Virus record (IMG/VR): IMGVR_UViG_3300020204_000008
Direction: 5' to 3' (one strand)
DNA length: 64,000 bases
From: a virus
The notes under the pieces are model-generated. The model saw only the letters and a list, made by a program, of their open reading frames with translations. It was not told the origin of the DNA and searched no databases. The position numbers and the translations under genes were made by a program. Shown here in pieces: positions 40,626 to 49,799 of this stretch (positions within the stretch are counted from its first letter, which is position 1; the number at the start of each line of letters is the position of its first letter).

Positions 40626-41207
40626 TCAATGGATCAATATACTCCAAAGGGAATGTCTGGCGGCGGAGGTCCTGAATTTTCTGCCTCAATCATCTTAATG
40701 TTGAGTAAAGGTACGCTAAGAGACGAGGCAAAGACTACTACTGGAATCATCGTAAGATCCAAGACCAGAAAGAATCGTTTAGCTAAACCAATCGACATTG
40801 AATTCCACATCTCATTCCATAAAGGTATGAATCAATATGTTGGTCTTGAACAATTCGTAAATTGGGAAAACTGTGGAGTCGGTCGAGGAAATAAACTTAC
40901 TGAAAAAGAGTTTTCTAAATTAAAAGCAGATGAGCAATCTCTCTGTTCAGAGTTTGAGGTAGAAGGCGAAAAATTTTATTTTCTACCTAAAAAGCTTGGA
41001 AAAAATTACGTCATTCGACATAATGGTGACCTAGTACCAATAAAAGAATTTTTCTCAGCTAGATTATTTACACAAGAGGTTCTAATGGAACTTGATGAAA
41101 AAATAATTAAACCGACCTTTAAATTTCCAGAAACTCAAGACGAGATCGATCTATTGGAGACTAGTGAACTTAACGACCTAAATGACGATGATGACTCTAC
41201 GTTCTGA
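40512..41207 (+). CDS. uvsX: C-intein fused to UvsX/RecA C-terminal part
   Basis: After HN comes SMDQYTPKGMSGGGGPEFSASIILML...KNRLAKP, the RecA/UvsX L2 loop and KNR motif. Confidence 0.93.
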   Translation: MKKLKVKSIKKIESSKVYDIQVKDVHHFVLDNSVVTHNSMDQYTPKGMSGGGGPEFSASIILMLSKGTLRDEAKTTTGIIVRSKTRKNRLAKPIDIEFHISFHKGMNQYVGLEQFVNWENCGVGRGNKLTEKEFSKLKADEQSLCSEFEVEGEKFYFLPKKLGKNYVIRHNGDLVPIKEFFSARLFTQEVLMELDEKIIKPTFKFPETQDEIDLLETSELNDLNDDDDSTF

Positions 41208-41523
41208 TCTTCCAATAAAATACTATTTGAATCTATATAATGAGGAGGGACTAAGCGACGAGTTTACCCTCCTTTTTGAGATCCTACAGTACATAATAAA
41301 AGTCGCAAATTCTAAAGAAAAATCAATTGAACTAAAGACTCTTAAGTTTTCTTCTAAATCCTTAAAATATGTTTTTGGTGACAAAATTAAGGACGAAACC
41401 TTTAAAACATTTTTAGTTAAATCTTTAAAAAGTATGATCGGTGACGAATATCTCATGGCTGAAGGTGACTTCATCTACTTTACAAAAAAAGGATTAACCC
41501 ATTTTTACTTAACGAATGATTGA
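41188..41523 (+). CDS. Hypothetical protein (possible winged helix)
   Basis: ORF between uvsX and helicase; IYFTKKG C-terminal wing-like pattern. Confidence 0.55.
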   Translation: MMTLRSDLPIKYYLNLYNEEGLSDEFTLLFEILQYIIKVANSKEKSIELKTLKFSSKSLKYVFGDKIKDETFKTFLVKSLKSMIGDEYLMAEGDFIYFTKKGLTHFYLTND

Positions 41524-43000
41524 TTTTACAGAAAACATTGACTCTCTTGAAAAGATGGTTTGGAATTTTATCTTAAGTTCCGAAAATGACATAAATGACT
41601 TGCGTCCATCTAATCATGATTCGTTAAGAAGAGAGGAGCTGATCACCATGATGAAGCCCAGTTATTTCAATGAAGACGATCGTCAAGAATCATTTAAAGC
41701 GGCAGCTAAGTTTTTTAAAGAATACGAAAAGATTCCAAATCGAAAGGAACTAAAGAGCTACTTGGAAGTTAGCAATATAAGTCTAAATGACGATGAGTTT
41801 GATGAATTGTATGCAGTTAGCTTAACTGAATACAATTATGACTATCTCTATAAATACGTTAGATCATTTATTCTCTTAAGAAACCTAAACCTAACAGTCT
41901 TTGACTTGTTAACCTATTTAAAGACTACTCCAATCGATCCAGGGAACATCGATAAGATCTCTGAAAAGATTAGAAACGATATAAGTAATAAGTTAGCACT
42001 AAACTTTTCTAGTGCGGATACTGGCCTAAATTTCTTTAATCCTGAATCTCACATCCAGATCTCTAAGACGGGCAGCCCGACTGGCTTTCCTTTCTTAGAT
42101 AAGGTACAGGGCGGTGGCTGGAATTCAAAAGCGCTAGTCGTTTTTCAAGGTCGACCTAAAGTCGGTAAGTCAATGGTTCTTGGAAATATTGCAGCCCGAT
42201 CATTCTTAACCGGCAATGCGACCGGTTTAGTGACAGTTGAGTTAGCTGACCGCGCCTATATGAAACGAATCGGCTCAAATATTCTAAATATTAAATCTGA
42301 AGATTATTCTAGGATCACAGATGAGCGAGCTGCTCAACTGATTCAAAGCAAGATTCAAGAACTTAAGGACTCTGGCCAAACGGTCGGCGAATTAATTGTA
42401 AAGGAATTTCCGACCGGCGGTGCTACTGCCATTGACATTGAAAACTACTTTGTTCGACTTGAACAAAAAATGAATAAGAAATTTAAAGTGATTGTAGTAG
42501 ATTACTTAAATCTCCTAAAACCAATCAATTCTCAAAATGGTCTATACGAAAAGATTAAAGCCATCTCTGAGGAACTTAGAGGAGTGGCAATGAGAAATGA
42601 ATGGTGTATCGTTAGTGCAACTCAAATTCGTAGAGAAGATATTGATAACTTTGACCTAGGCATGGATTCAGTTGCTGAATCATTTGGTCTCATTCATACG
42701 GTTGACTCTCTATTTGGGCTTATGCGAAGTCCGCTTGAGAGTAGAATGAAGATTAAGGTGATTGCTAATCGAGATAACGGCTATGAAGAGAGCTATAAGT
42801 TCTATACGATGCACAAAGACTATTTTAGGTTATCTGAGGAAGTCGGTCAAAACAGTGAATTCTATAGCGACGATGAGGAAGTAAGCCGAATGGCCGATGA
42901 ATTGAGATCAGAGTATTCTGAGATAAATAAAGCATCAGCTGAACCCGTGTCAAGCATTCCAATTGAAGACGATTATGACGCTCTCTTCAATTCAATATAA
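41516..43000 (+). CDS. gp41: Replicative DNA helicase (gp41/DnaB family)
   Basis: PTGFPFLD, GRPKVGKS, IVKEFPTG, VVDYLNL, SATQIRR, AESFGL. Confidence 0.95.
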   Translation: MIDFTENIDSLEKMVWNFILSSENDINDLRPSNHDSLRREELITMMKPSYFNEDDRQESFKAAAKFFKEYEKIPNRKELKSYLEVSNISLNDDEFDELYAVSLTEYNYDYLYKYVRSFILLRNLNLTVFDLLTYLKTTPIDPGNIDKISEKIRNDISNKLALNFSSADTGLNFFNPESHIQISKTGSPTGFPFLDKVQGGGWNSKALVVFQGRPKVGKSMVLGNIAARSFLTGNATGLVTVELADRAYMKRIGSNILNIKSEDYSRITDERAAQLIQSKIQELKDSGQTVGELIVKEFPTGGATAIDIENYFVRLEQKMNKKFKVIVVDYLNLLKPINSQNGLYEKIKAISEELRGVAMRNEWCIVSATQIRREDIDNFDLGMDSVAESFGLIHTVDSLFGLMRSPLESRMKIKVIANRDNGYEESYKFYTMHKDYFRLSEEVGQNSEFYSDDEEVSRMADELRSEYSEINKASAEPVSSIPIEDDYDALFNSI

Positions 43001-43014
43001 AATAATGATTATGA

Positions 43015-43554
43015 ATGAGTCAGGAAGAAATAGAAGAACAGTTCGAAGATCAGGTCAGAGAGGACAAGATCTTCAATAATAGTTACTATAACGGTGATAA
43101 ATTAAAAGATTCTGAAGACTATGAGTTTTCAAAAAAGATATCGGTCTCTGCTGATTACTCAGATAACTATCTAAAGGATCTATATGATTATGAGGAACAA
43201 CTAGATTCAAAGTTTATATTAGACATGATCTTTGATTTTTTAAAAACCGATGAAGTATTAAGTAAATACGTTACTAACTTGACCAGTGATTCGTCTGTGT
43301 CTAAAGTAAAGTTTTCAAAGGAGGACATTAACCTACTTTTTAATCGAGTTCATGAAAACATAGACCTTGCCAATCAAGGAATAGCTTTTTATAGTCCTAT
43401 TTATATTCTTGAAGTGATCTCATCGATTTCTTCGATGGAATATAAAAAGATCTTTGATTCACTGGAAACAGATGTTCAGGAGATCCTGATCCTTGAATTA
43501 AATAAGAAGTATAAGTTTCTAGAAGGAAAAATGAATAAAAAAAGAATACACTAA
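43015..43554 (+). CDS. Hypothetical acidic protein
   Basis: ORF in replication operon. Confidence 0.6.
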   Translation: MSQEEIEEQFEDQVREDKIFNNSYYNGDKLKDSEDYEFSKKISVSADYSDNYLKDLYDYEEQLDSKFILDMIFDFLKTDEVLSKYVTNLTSDSSVSKVKFSKEDINLLFNRVHENIDLANQGIAFYSPIYILEVISSISSMEYKKIFDSLETDVQEILILELNKKYKFLEGKMNKKRIH

Positions 43555-43778
43555 TGGTTTGGATTAAATTTTCACACTCCAGTGGAGCAGCTCACATTAA
43601 TCTTGAGCAAACATATTTGATCACTAGAAATAGCTCAACTCAAATACAGTTCACCGACTCTGCCTCAAACAATACGATCTACTCCTTTTCAACATCCGCT
43701 GATGCTGATCTTCTTCTAAAAAAGATAAATCGGGTTGCTAAAATAATAGATATTGACCAGCTAGCTAATCAGGGATGA
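43554..43778 (+). CDS. Hypothetical protein
   Basis: Coupled ORF (TAATG and ATGA overlaps). Confidence 0.55.
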   Translation: MVWIKFSHSSGAAHINLEQTYLITRNSSTQIQFTDSASNNTIYSFSTSADADLLLKKINRVAKIIDIDQLANQG

Positions 43779-44884
43779 AATTAGAAGGAATTAGGAGAAT
43801 ATTTGTCCTAGGAGATCTCCATTTAGGAGTAAGAAACAATTCAGTAGAGTGGTCAGAAATACAATCTGACTTTTTAATAAAGGAATTCTTAAATAAGATT
43901 AACGAAGAAGAATTTGATCCTAAGACTGATATACTTGTACAAGTAGGAGATTGGAACCACGTCAGAGAATCAACAAATGTTCGAATATATAAGCTTTCTC
44001 TAAAAATAGCCGAAGAACTCACTAAAAAGTTTAAAAGAGGAGTTTTTGTGATCTTAGGTAATCATGACGTATATTATAAGGACAGAACTGATACTCACTC
44101 TTTGGAAGGATTTAGCAAAATCTATCCAAACTTTCAAGTTTATGAAAAACCTGAGATCCTTACCATTAATTCCCATAAGTTCTTAATGCTTCCTTGGATC
44201 GAGAATCTAAATGAACTTAAGTCTCAAGTAAAGTCTTATGGCTCAGCAAAATATGCTTTTTGTCATGCGGATTTCAAGGGATTTAATTTCAATAAGGTTC
44301 AAAAGCTTGAACATGGGTTGGAACAAGAGGACATTCAATCATATAAAAGAATATACTCTGGACATATTCATATTCGACAAGAGAAGGGAAACGTTCTCTA
44401 TGTCGGTACTCCATATCAAATGGATCGTGGAGACAGGGGTAATGACAAAGGATTCTATGTGTTAGACGTTAGTGGAGCCGATGTGCAAGAAAAATTCGTG
44501 CTCAATACGTTTTCACCAAAGTACGTAAAGTTTGATGTCACCGATCTCTTGAATCTTACGTCAACTGAGATAACCTCACTATTCCATAATAATTTTGTTG
44601 ACATCTTACTTGAGTCTGATTTTTCAAAAAAGTTTCCAATCTCTCAGTTTACAGAATTGGTAAAAAAGTTTGGACATCGTCATCTTGAGTTCGGCTCCTA
44701 TTCAAAAGAACAGTTAAAGGAACGTAGTGAGATAGAAATCAATTCAAACTATGAATATAACGTGTTTACGATACTTGATGAAAGAATAAAGAGCATGAAT
44801 CTGCCTTTTATTCAAGCCAAGGAGATAACCGACAGATTTAAAGAGATTTATGATTCACTAAGAAATACCAAACAATACGACTAA
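43775..44884 (+). CDS. gp47: gp47/Mre11/SbcD-like recombination nuclease
   Basis: GDLHLG, QVGDW, LGNHD, SGHIH, YVGTPYQ. Confidence 0.94.
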   Translation: MKLEGIRRIFVLGDLHLGVRNNSVEWSEIQSDFLIKEFLNKINEEEFDPKTDILVQVGDWNHVRESTNVRIYKLSLKIAEELTKKFKRGVFVILGNHDVYYKDRTDTHSLEGFSKIYPNFQVYEKPEILTINSHKFLMLPWIENLNELKSQVKSYGSAKYAFCHADFKGFNFNKVQKLEHGLEQEDIQSYKRIYSGHIHIRQEKGNVLYVGTPYQMDRGDRGNDKGFYVLDVSGADVQEKFVLNTFSPKYVKFDVTDLLNLTSTEITSLFHNNFVDILLESDFSKKFPISQFTELVKKFGHRHLEFGSYSKEQLKERSEIEINSNYEYNVFTILDERIKSMNLPFIQAKEITDRFKEIYDSLRNTKQYD

Positions 44885-46554
44885 TGAGACTGACTGAATT
44901 TTCATATCGCAACATCTTATCATACGGCAATAAAATACAGACATTTAAGTTTGATGATAATCCAGGACTCATCTTAGTTGAGGGAGAAAACGGTGCCGGT
45001 AAATCTTCCATTAAGGAAGCACTAACCGTTTCAGTATACGGCCGATCAGCTATTCGAAAAATAAAAGACATTCCCAATTGGATCAATCGTAATGCATACA
45101 CAAACGTAAAGTTTGTGACTAATTCTGGTGAGCAGATTGAGCTGACTCGAGGAATAGATCCAAACTTTAGCGATATCAAGATAAACGGTGCTCAATTTAA
45201 CTTGCCCGATAAGAGAAAAGTAGATGAGTTTATCGAAGACGAATTAGCTAGAATACCTTTTACAGTCTTTTGTAATACCATAAGTCTTTCGTTTGATGAT
45301 TTTAAATCATTCGTCAGTCTAAGCAAAGACGATAAGCGAAAAATAGTAGATCGAATATTTGGCATTGACATACTATCTGACATGAGATCCAAAGTTAAAG
45401 AACAACTTCGAGATAATAAATCAGAAATCGATATAATTTCAGCAACTCTAAAAACTGGTCAAACTAACTTAGACTCGTATGCGACCCAATTAGCTTCTTT
45501 AAAGGAAAAATTAGCTAAAAAGAAGGAAGAGATCACCGATCGACTTATTCTCGATATTGAGAGTAAGAAGAAGGAGGTTGATTCTGCTCTACTTACTAAA
45601 AATGAATATCGAGAAAAGGTTTCAGCAAAGAGTAAAGAGAGCACCGTTGCACAACAGGAATTAGCCAAAACAAAATCAGATATTCGAGACCTTAATACTA
45701 AGCTTTTAATCTATGCTAAGAATAGGTGTCCTCACTGTTTAAATGATCTAAAATCTGATTCTTCAATTGAGATAAAAGAAAAAATTAAGTCTAAAATCAA
45801 GAGTTTAGAAACAAGCCTAGAAGATCAAAAAAAGGTCGCTGACTCTCTAAACGAAGAATCTACTCTACTCTTACTTGGTCAGAGCGACATTGACTCCAAC
45901 TATTCTGATCTCAAAGCAGAATTACAATCTCTTGAAAGAGAACTTAAGTCTGCCCAACAAAATGATGATTCTGATGAAATAGATTCTGTCTCTTCGATAA
46001 TCAGTAGCCTGACTTCTCAAATAGAGCAAGAAGCGATTCAGCTTTCTAAATTAAATGAGACTCGATCCATCTACCTAAGTCTAGACGATCTTCTTTCTGA
46101 TTCTGGAATAAAAAGAGACATGATCGATAAAATCATTCCTACTCTAAACGCAAGGATACTTGATATTTCTGAAAAACTAGAATTTAAGTTTTCATTTGAG
46201 TTCGATAATGAGTTTGATCCTCACATCACATACTTAGGCATGCAGATCTCCCCAGAAAGTCTCTCTAGCGGCCAGCGAAAAAAGATGAACTTGATCGTGC
46301 TATTGGCTTTTATCGAAATAATCAAGATGAAACACAGTACCATAAATGTGATGTTCCTAGATGAGATTTTTAGTTCATTAGATAAAACAAACGTGTATCG
46401 TGCCATCTCAATATTAAAAGATTATTCTACAAAATATGGCTTGACCATCTTTGTGGTCTCACATGAGGCTCTGCCAGAAGAATTATTTGACAGTAAAGTT
46501 CAAGTCTCTCAAAAGGATCACTTTTCAGAGATGACTATCATCAAATCCTCTTAA
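44884..46554 (+). CDS. gp46: gp46/Rad50/SbcC-like ATPase
   Basis: GENGAGKS, CPHC zinc hook, LSSGQ, FLDEIF, VVSH. Confidence 0.95.
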   Translation: MRLTEFSYRNILSYGNKIQTFKFDDNPGLILVEGENGAGKSSIKEALTVSVYGRSAIRKIKDIPNWINRNAYTNVKFVTNSGEQIELTRGIDPNFSDIKINGAQFNLPDKRKVDEFIEDELARIPFTVFCNTISLSFDDFKSFVSLSKDDKRKIVDRIFGIDILSDMRSKVKEQLRDNKSEIDIISATLKTGQTNLDSYATQLASLKEKLAKKKEEITDRLILDIESKKKEVDSALLTKNEYREKVSAKSKESTVAQQELAKTKSDIRDLNTKLLIYAKNRCPHCLNDLKSDSSIEIKEKIKSKIKSLETSLEDQKKVADSLNEESTLLLLGQSDIDSNYSDLKAELQSLERELKSAQQNDDSDEIDSVSSIISSLTSQIEQEAIQLSKLNETRSIYLSLDDLLSDSGIKRDMIDKIIPTLNARILDISEKLEFKFSFEFDNEFDPHITYLGMQISPESLSSGQRKKMNLIVLLAFIEIIKMKHSTINVMFLDEIFSSLDKTNVYRAISILKDYSTKYGLTIFVVSHEALPEELFDSKVQVSQKDHFSEMTIIKSS

Positions 46555-46568
46555 AGTTATAAAATATC

Positions 46569-46595
46569 GAAACTTTTTAATCATTACTTGTATAA
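46569..46595 (+). promoter_or_regulatory. Early/middle promoter motif GAAAC-N16-GTATAA
   Basis: Recurrent motif. Confidence 0.6.
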
Positions 46596-46611
46596 AAATA
46601 AAAACTAAGTT

Positions 46612-47481
46612 ATGGTAATAATTCAATCTGAGACATTTGCAGCAGTCTATGAAGAACTGTTGCATGAATTAATCAATGAACCCGAATATGTGACTCAGCC
46701 TCGGGACATGAAGATCAATGAGATCTGTGATGTTGCTCTAGTTATCGAAAATCCTCTTTCTTGTCTCTATACTAATGAATTTAGGTCTTCTCAATTCAAG
46801 TACATTGCTGCTGAATTCTTATGGTATTTCATGGGTAGAAACGACGTTGAATATATCTCAAAATTTGCAAAGTTTTGGGAATCCATTAAAAACGATGATG
46901 ATACAGTAAACTCATCATACGGTTACCTTCTCTTTAATAACAAGAATGAGCATGGTGTTACCCAATACCACTGGGCATTAGAATCATTAACACAAGATAA
47001 AGATTCACGACAGGCTGTCCTGCACTTTAATCTGCCCATTCATCAAAGGTCAGGCAATAGGGATTTTGTGTGCACAATGTATGGCATCTTTCAGATTAGA
47101 GATAATCGACTTAATTTCACTGTAAGCATGCGAAGTAATGACGTCATTCTAGGGCTACCGACAGATATCGCATTTTTTGCAATCTTACAATCGCAGATGC
47201 TTAATCATCTTCGTCACAATGCAGGTTATCCTGAATTGGAATTAGGTACTTATACTCACATCTCTAATTCCTCCCACATCTATGAACGTCATTTTGATAT
47301 TGCAAAAAAGATGATTACTCGTAAATTTGAGTCAGTAGAGATTCCTAAAGTTGACTTAGACTTAATTAATATTAAAGGCACCCCGACTCTAAACCTTAAG
47401 TCCCTATTCGATAGTCAAGACGAATCTGTCGAATTGACTGATCCGTTATATGACTGGATTCTTAAAAACATAAATTTATGA
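46612..47481 (+). CDS. Thymidylate synthase-fold enzyme, probably dCMP hydroxymethylase/methylase (gp42-like)
   Basis: VNSSYG, DSRQA, DFVCT, MRSNDVILGLPTD with Asp at the specificity position (Asn in dUMP-specific TS); HIYERH. Confidence 0.8.
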   Translation: MVIIQSETFAAVYEELLHELINEPEYVTQPRDMKINEICDVALVIENPLSCLYTNEFRSSQFKYIAAEFLWYFMGRNDVEYISKFAKFWESIKNDDDTVNSSYGYLLFNNKNEHGVTQYHWALESLTQDKDSRQAVLHFNLPIHQRSGNRDFVCTMYGIFQIRDNRLNFTVSMRSNDVILGLPTDIAFFAILQSQMLNHLRHNAGYPELELGTYTHISNSSHIYERHFDIAKKMITRKFESVEIPKVDLDLINIKGTPTLNLKSLFDSQDESVELTDPLYDWILKNINL

Positions 47482-47669
47482 AAAAAACGATACCGCCTAT
47501 CATCCTAGCTGTATTTAAGTTACTTGTAACTGCTCTTGTTTGTTATTTCCTATATGATTGGAATGAATTATCAAAAGTATTCGGTGCACCAATTAATTAC
47601 AATCAATGGGTAGCAATAGTTGCGATCGCCAACCTATTCATGCCAGACATGCTTAATAAATCTAGATAA
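47478..47669 (+). CDS. Small membrane protein (2 TM)
   Basis: Two hydrophobic segments. Confidence 0.55.
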   Translation: MKKTIPPIILAVFKLLVTALVCYFLYDWNELSKVFGAPINYNQWVAIVAIANLFMPDMLNKSR

Positions 47670-47673
47670 CAGG

Positions 47674-48093
47674 ATGACGAATAAGGATCTTAAATATCAC
47701 ATCACCTATCTAAAGATGGCAACTGAATGGTCTAATCTTTCTTGTTGTAAACGTAAGAAGGTAGGTGCGTTAATCGTTAAGGACGGTACAATCATCTCAG
47801 ACGGGTTTAACGGCACCCCAAAGGGTTTTCCAAACGATTGCGAAGACGCAAATGGAGACACCAATTGGTATGTGCTACATGCTGAGGCCAATGCAATGAT
47901 GAAGGTGACTCGATCCACACAGAGCACAGATGGTGCCACTCTCTATGTGACCTATTCTCCATGTAAAGAGTGTTCAAAACTAATCATTCAAGCTGGCATA
48001 AAACTAGTAATTTATCGTGAAACATATAGGGATGTTTCCGGTATCACGATATTACGCGCAGCTAACATCGACGTGGTAAAATTAGACATATAA
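47674..48093 (+). CDS. dCMP deaminase
   Basis: SCCKRKKVGA, GFNGTP, HAEANA, SPCKEC. Confidence 0.95.
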   Translation: MTNKDLKYHITYLKMATEWSNLSCCKRKKVGALIVKDGTIISDGFNGTPKGFPNDCEDANGDTNWYVLHAEANAMMKVTRSTQSTDGATLYVTYSPCKECSKLIIQAGIKLVIYRETYRDVSGITILRAANIDVVKLDI

Positions 48094-48492
48094 ATGGAAA
48101 AGAGAAAGATATCGATCGTTTTTGTTAAGGACTATAAAAGCTTTATCTTGACATTTAGTCGAAAGGATCGTAGCGATTATATTCTAAACGTAAGCAAGCT
48201 AATCAAAGATAAGTTTAGTACAAAATTTATTGTTCCAAATAAGGTGCAGTCTTTCCTGCTAAATTATGAGATCAAGAAACTATTAGACAAGGCGATTAGC
48301 GTAAAAAACGAAAAATACGGTCGAATAATCTACTTAAACTCAAACCTTTCTAAATCAGCTGTCTTAAATACGATAGATTTTATCACTAGCGAATATCCAG
48401 AATTTGAATTTAAGTATAGCATAATCCTCTCGCCAAACGATCCGGACCCATTAGACCTTCCTATTGATATTGTCTCAACAATAACTATATAA
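48094..48492 (+). CDS. Hypothetical protein
   Basis: Last ORF of the operon before a terminator. Confidence 0.55.
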   Translation: MEKRKISIVFVKDYKSFILTFSRKDRSDYILNVSKLIKDKFSTKFIVPNKVQSFLLNYEIKKLLDKAISVKNEKYGRIIYLNSNLSKSAVLNTIDFITSEYPEFEFKYSIILSPNDPDPLDLPIDIVSTITI

Positions 48493-48498
48493 AACAAA

Positions 48499-48522
48499 AA
48501 ACCTCATATTGCTATGAGGTTT
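48499..48522. terminator. Bidirectional terminator
   Basis: AAACCTCATA-TTGC-TATGAGGTTT between convergent genes. Confidence 0.75.
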
Positions 48523-48526
48523 GTAA

Positions 48527-49189
48527 TCAATATCCTTCGGAATCTTCGGGATTTTGATTTAACTCTTTTACCCAGTCAGGTACCTCTCCAAACGGGCTCT
48601 CTTCGTCCTCCATCGGATTCATACCAAACGCCTCTTCTTCAAACTCTTCTCCATTTTCAAATCTTCTAAGCATTGCCTCGATCTGACGCAAGTCTGACGC
48701 CGTATTATTGAAAGCAGTTGCCTCTTGACGATATTCATCTTCGCTCCAATCATTTGAGTCTTTTTCATACTCTCCTTCTAACTCATCTTCTAATTCAGCA
48801 TCCAATTCGTCTTCTAACTCATCATCTACCTCTTCGTTAATGAATCTAGTAAATGAAGAATAGGCTCTGCCCTCTTCTACCGGTTCGATCTCCACTACTG
48901 GAATTCCAGTGATTCGATCGTCATAGGTAAACGGCTTCTTCTTTTCTTGCTTGTATACAAGATCTCCGGTCATTGCCTTGTAAGTAGGATCGTATACTGG
49001 ATGAGAAAAAGCAGGGTCTCTCTCAACTGTTCGTCTAAACCCTTTAAGTTTAGGATCACGATCATTCATATTACCTCGAGCATCTCTTAATTCAATCGCA
49101 GAGCTGGGTCCACCGAATCCAGGTTTCTTAAGGTCCATATAATTATCGAAATTTAAGATATCTCGACGGTGTGTATCAAACATTTCCAT
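48527..49189 (-). CDS. Acidic late protein, putative internal head/core protein
   Basis: Internal SSFTRFINE motif followed by very acidic ELEDEL repeats. Confidence 0.55.
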   Translation of the reverse strand: MEMFDTHRRDILNFDNYMDLKKPGFGGPSSAIELRDARGNMNDRDPKLKGFRRTVERDPAFSHPVYDPTYKAMTGDLVYKQEKKKPFTYDDRITGIPVVEIEPVEEGRAYSSFTRFINEEVDDELEDELDAELEDELEGEYEKDSNDWSEDEYRQEATAFNNTASDLRQIEAMLRRFENGEEFEEEAFGMNPMEDEESPFGEVPDWVKELNQNPEDSEGY

Positions 49190-49204
49190 TTTTATCTCGA
49201 TTTT

Positions 49205-49780
49205 TTATACGTTAATCTGACCTATTCTGGTTTCCACCCAGTAGTCTGATCGATATTTCATCTGTACATCATAAATACCGTTTTCAGTATAATTTAGTGA
49301 AAGTTCAGTTAATTTATCGTTTGGAATAACCGATTGAAAATTCCACTCTCTAAAGATCTCACCAGTCTTATTAGCCACGTGAACTGACATCGAACCCACA
49401 TAGTCTCTTTTTAATCCCTGACTACCCGTTTGAGGATTGTAAACGATATCGTTCCATGCTCTAAGGATATTATAAACGTATGCGTCATTCTCTTCATTTA
49501 AGTTGACTGTGAACTTGATAGTCAAGTCAGCAGTTGTGGTGTCTGGAATTCCTCCAGCAAAGGATCTTTTTGCAAACTTGTAAGTCTGTTCAACTAACGT
49601 TCCGCTAGAATTGATTTCAGGCAGACCTGAAATCTCGGTCACGTGCTCCACTAAAAGAGCTACATTGCTACCGGAGATTACTGTCGGTGGGTTCAAGATC
49701 ACCTCAAACTGATTCTTATAGATCGGTTCATAGTATGATCGAGCCGCGGCTGAATTGGTCCAATATGGTAAACCTGCCAT
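49205..49780 (-). CDS. gp19: Tail tube protein (gp19-like)
   Basis: EPIYKNQFEV, LRAWNDIVYNPQTG, KRDY motifs; 191 aa; late motif at 49800-49808. Confidence 0.85.
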   Translation of the reverse strand: MAGLPYWTNSAAARSYYEPIYKNQFEVILNPPTVISGSNVALLVEHVTEISGLPEINSSGTLVEQTYKFAKRSFAGGIPDTTTADLTIKFTVNLNEENDAYVYNILRAWNDIVYNPQTGSQGLKRDYVGSMSVHVANKTGEIFREWNFQSVIPNDKLTELSLNYTENGIYDVQMKYRSDYWVETRIGQINV

Positions 49781-49799
49781 TGTGTATCGATTATTTTAG

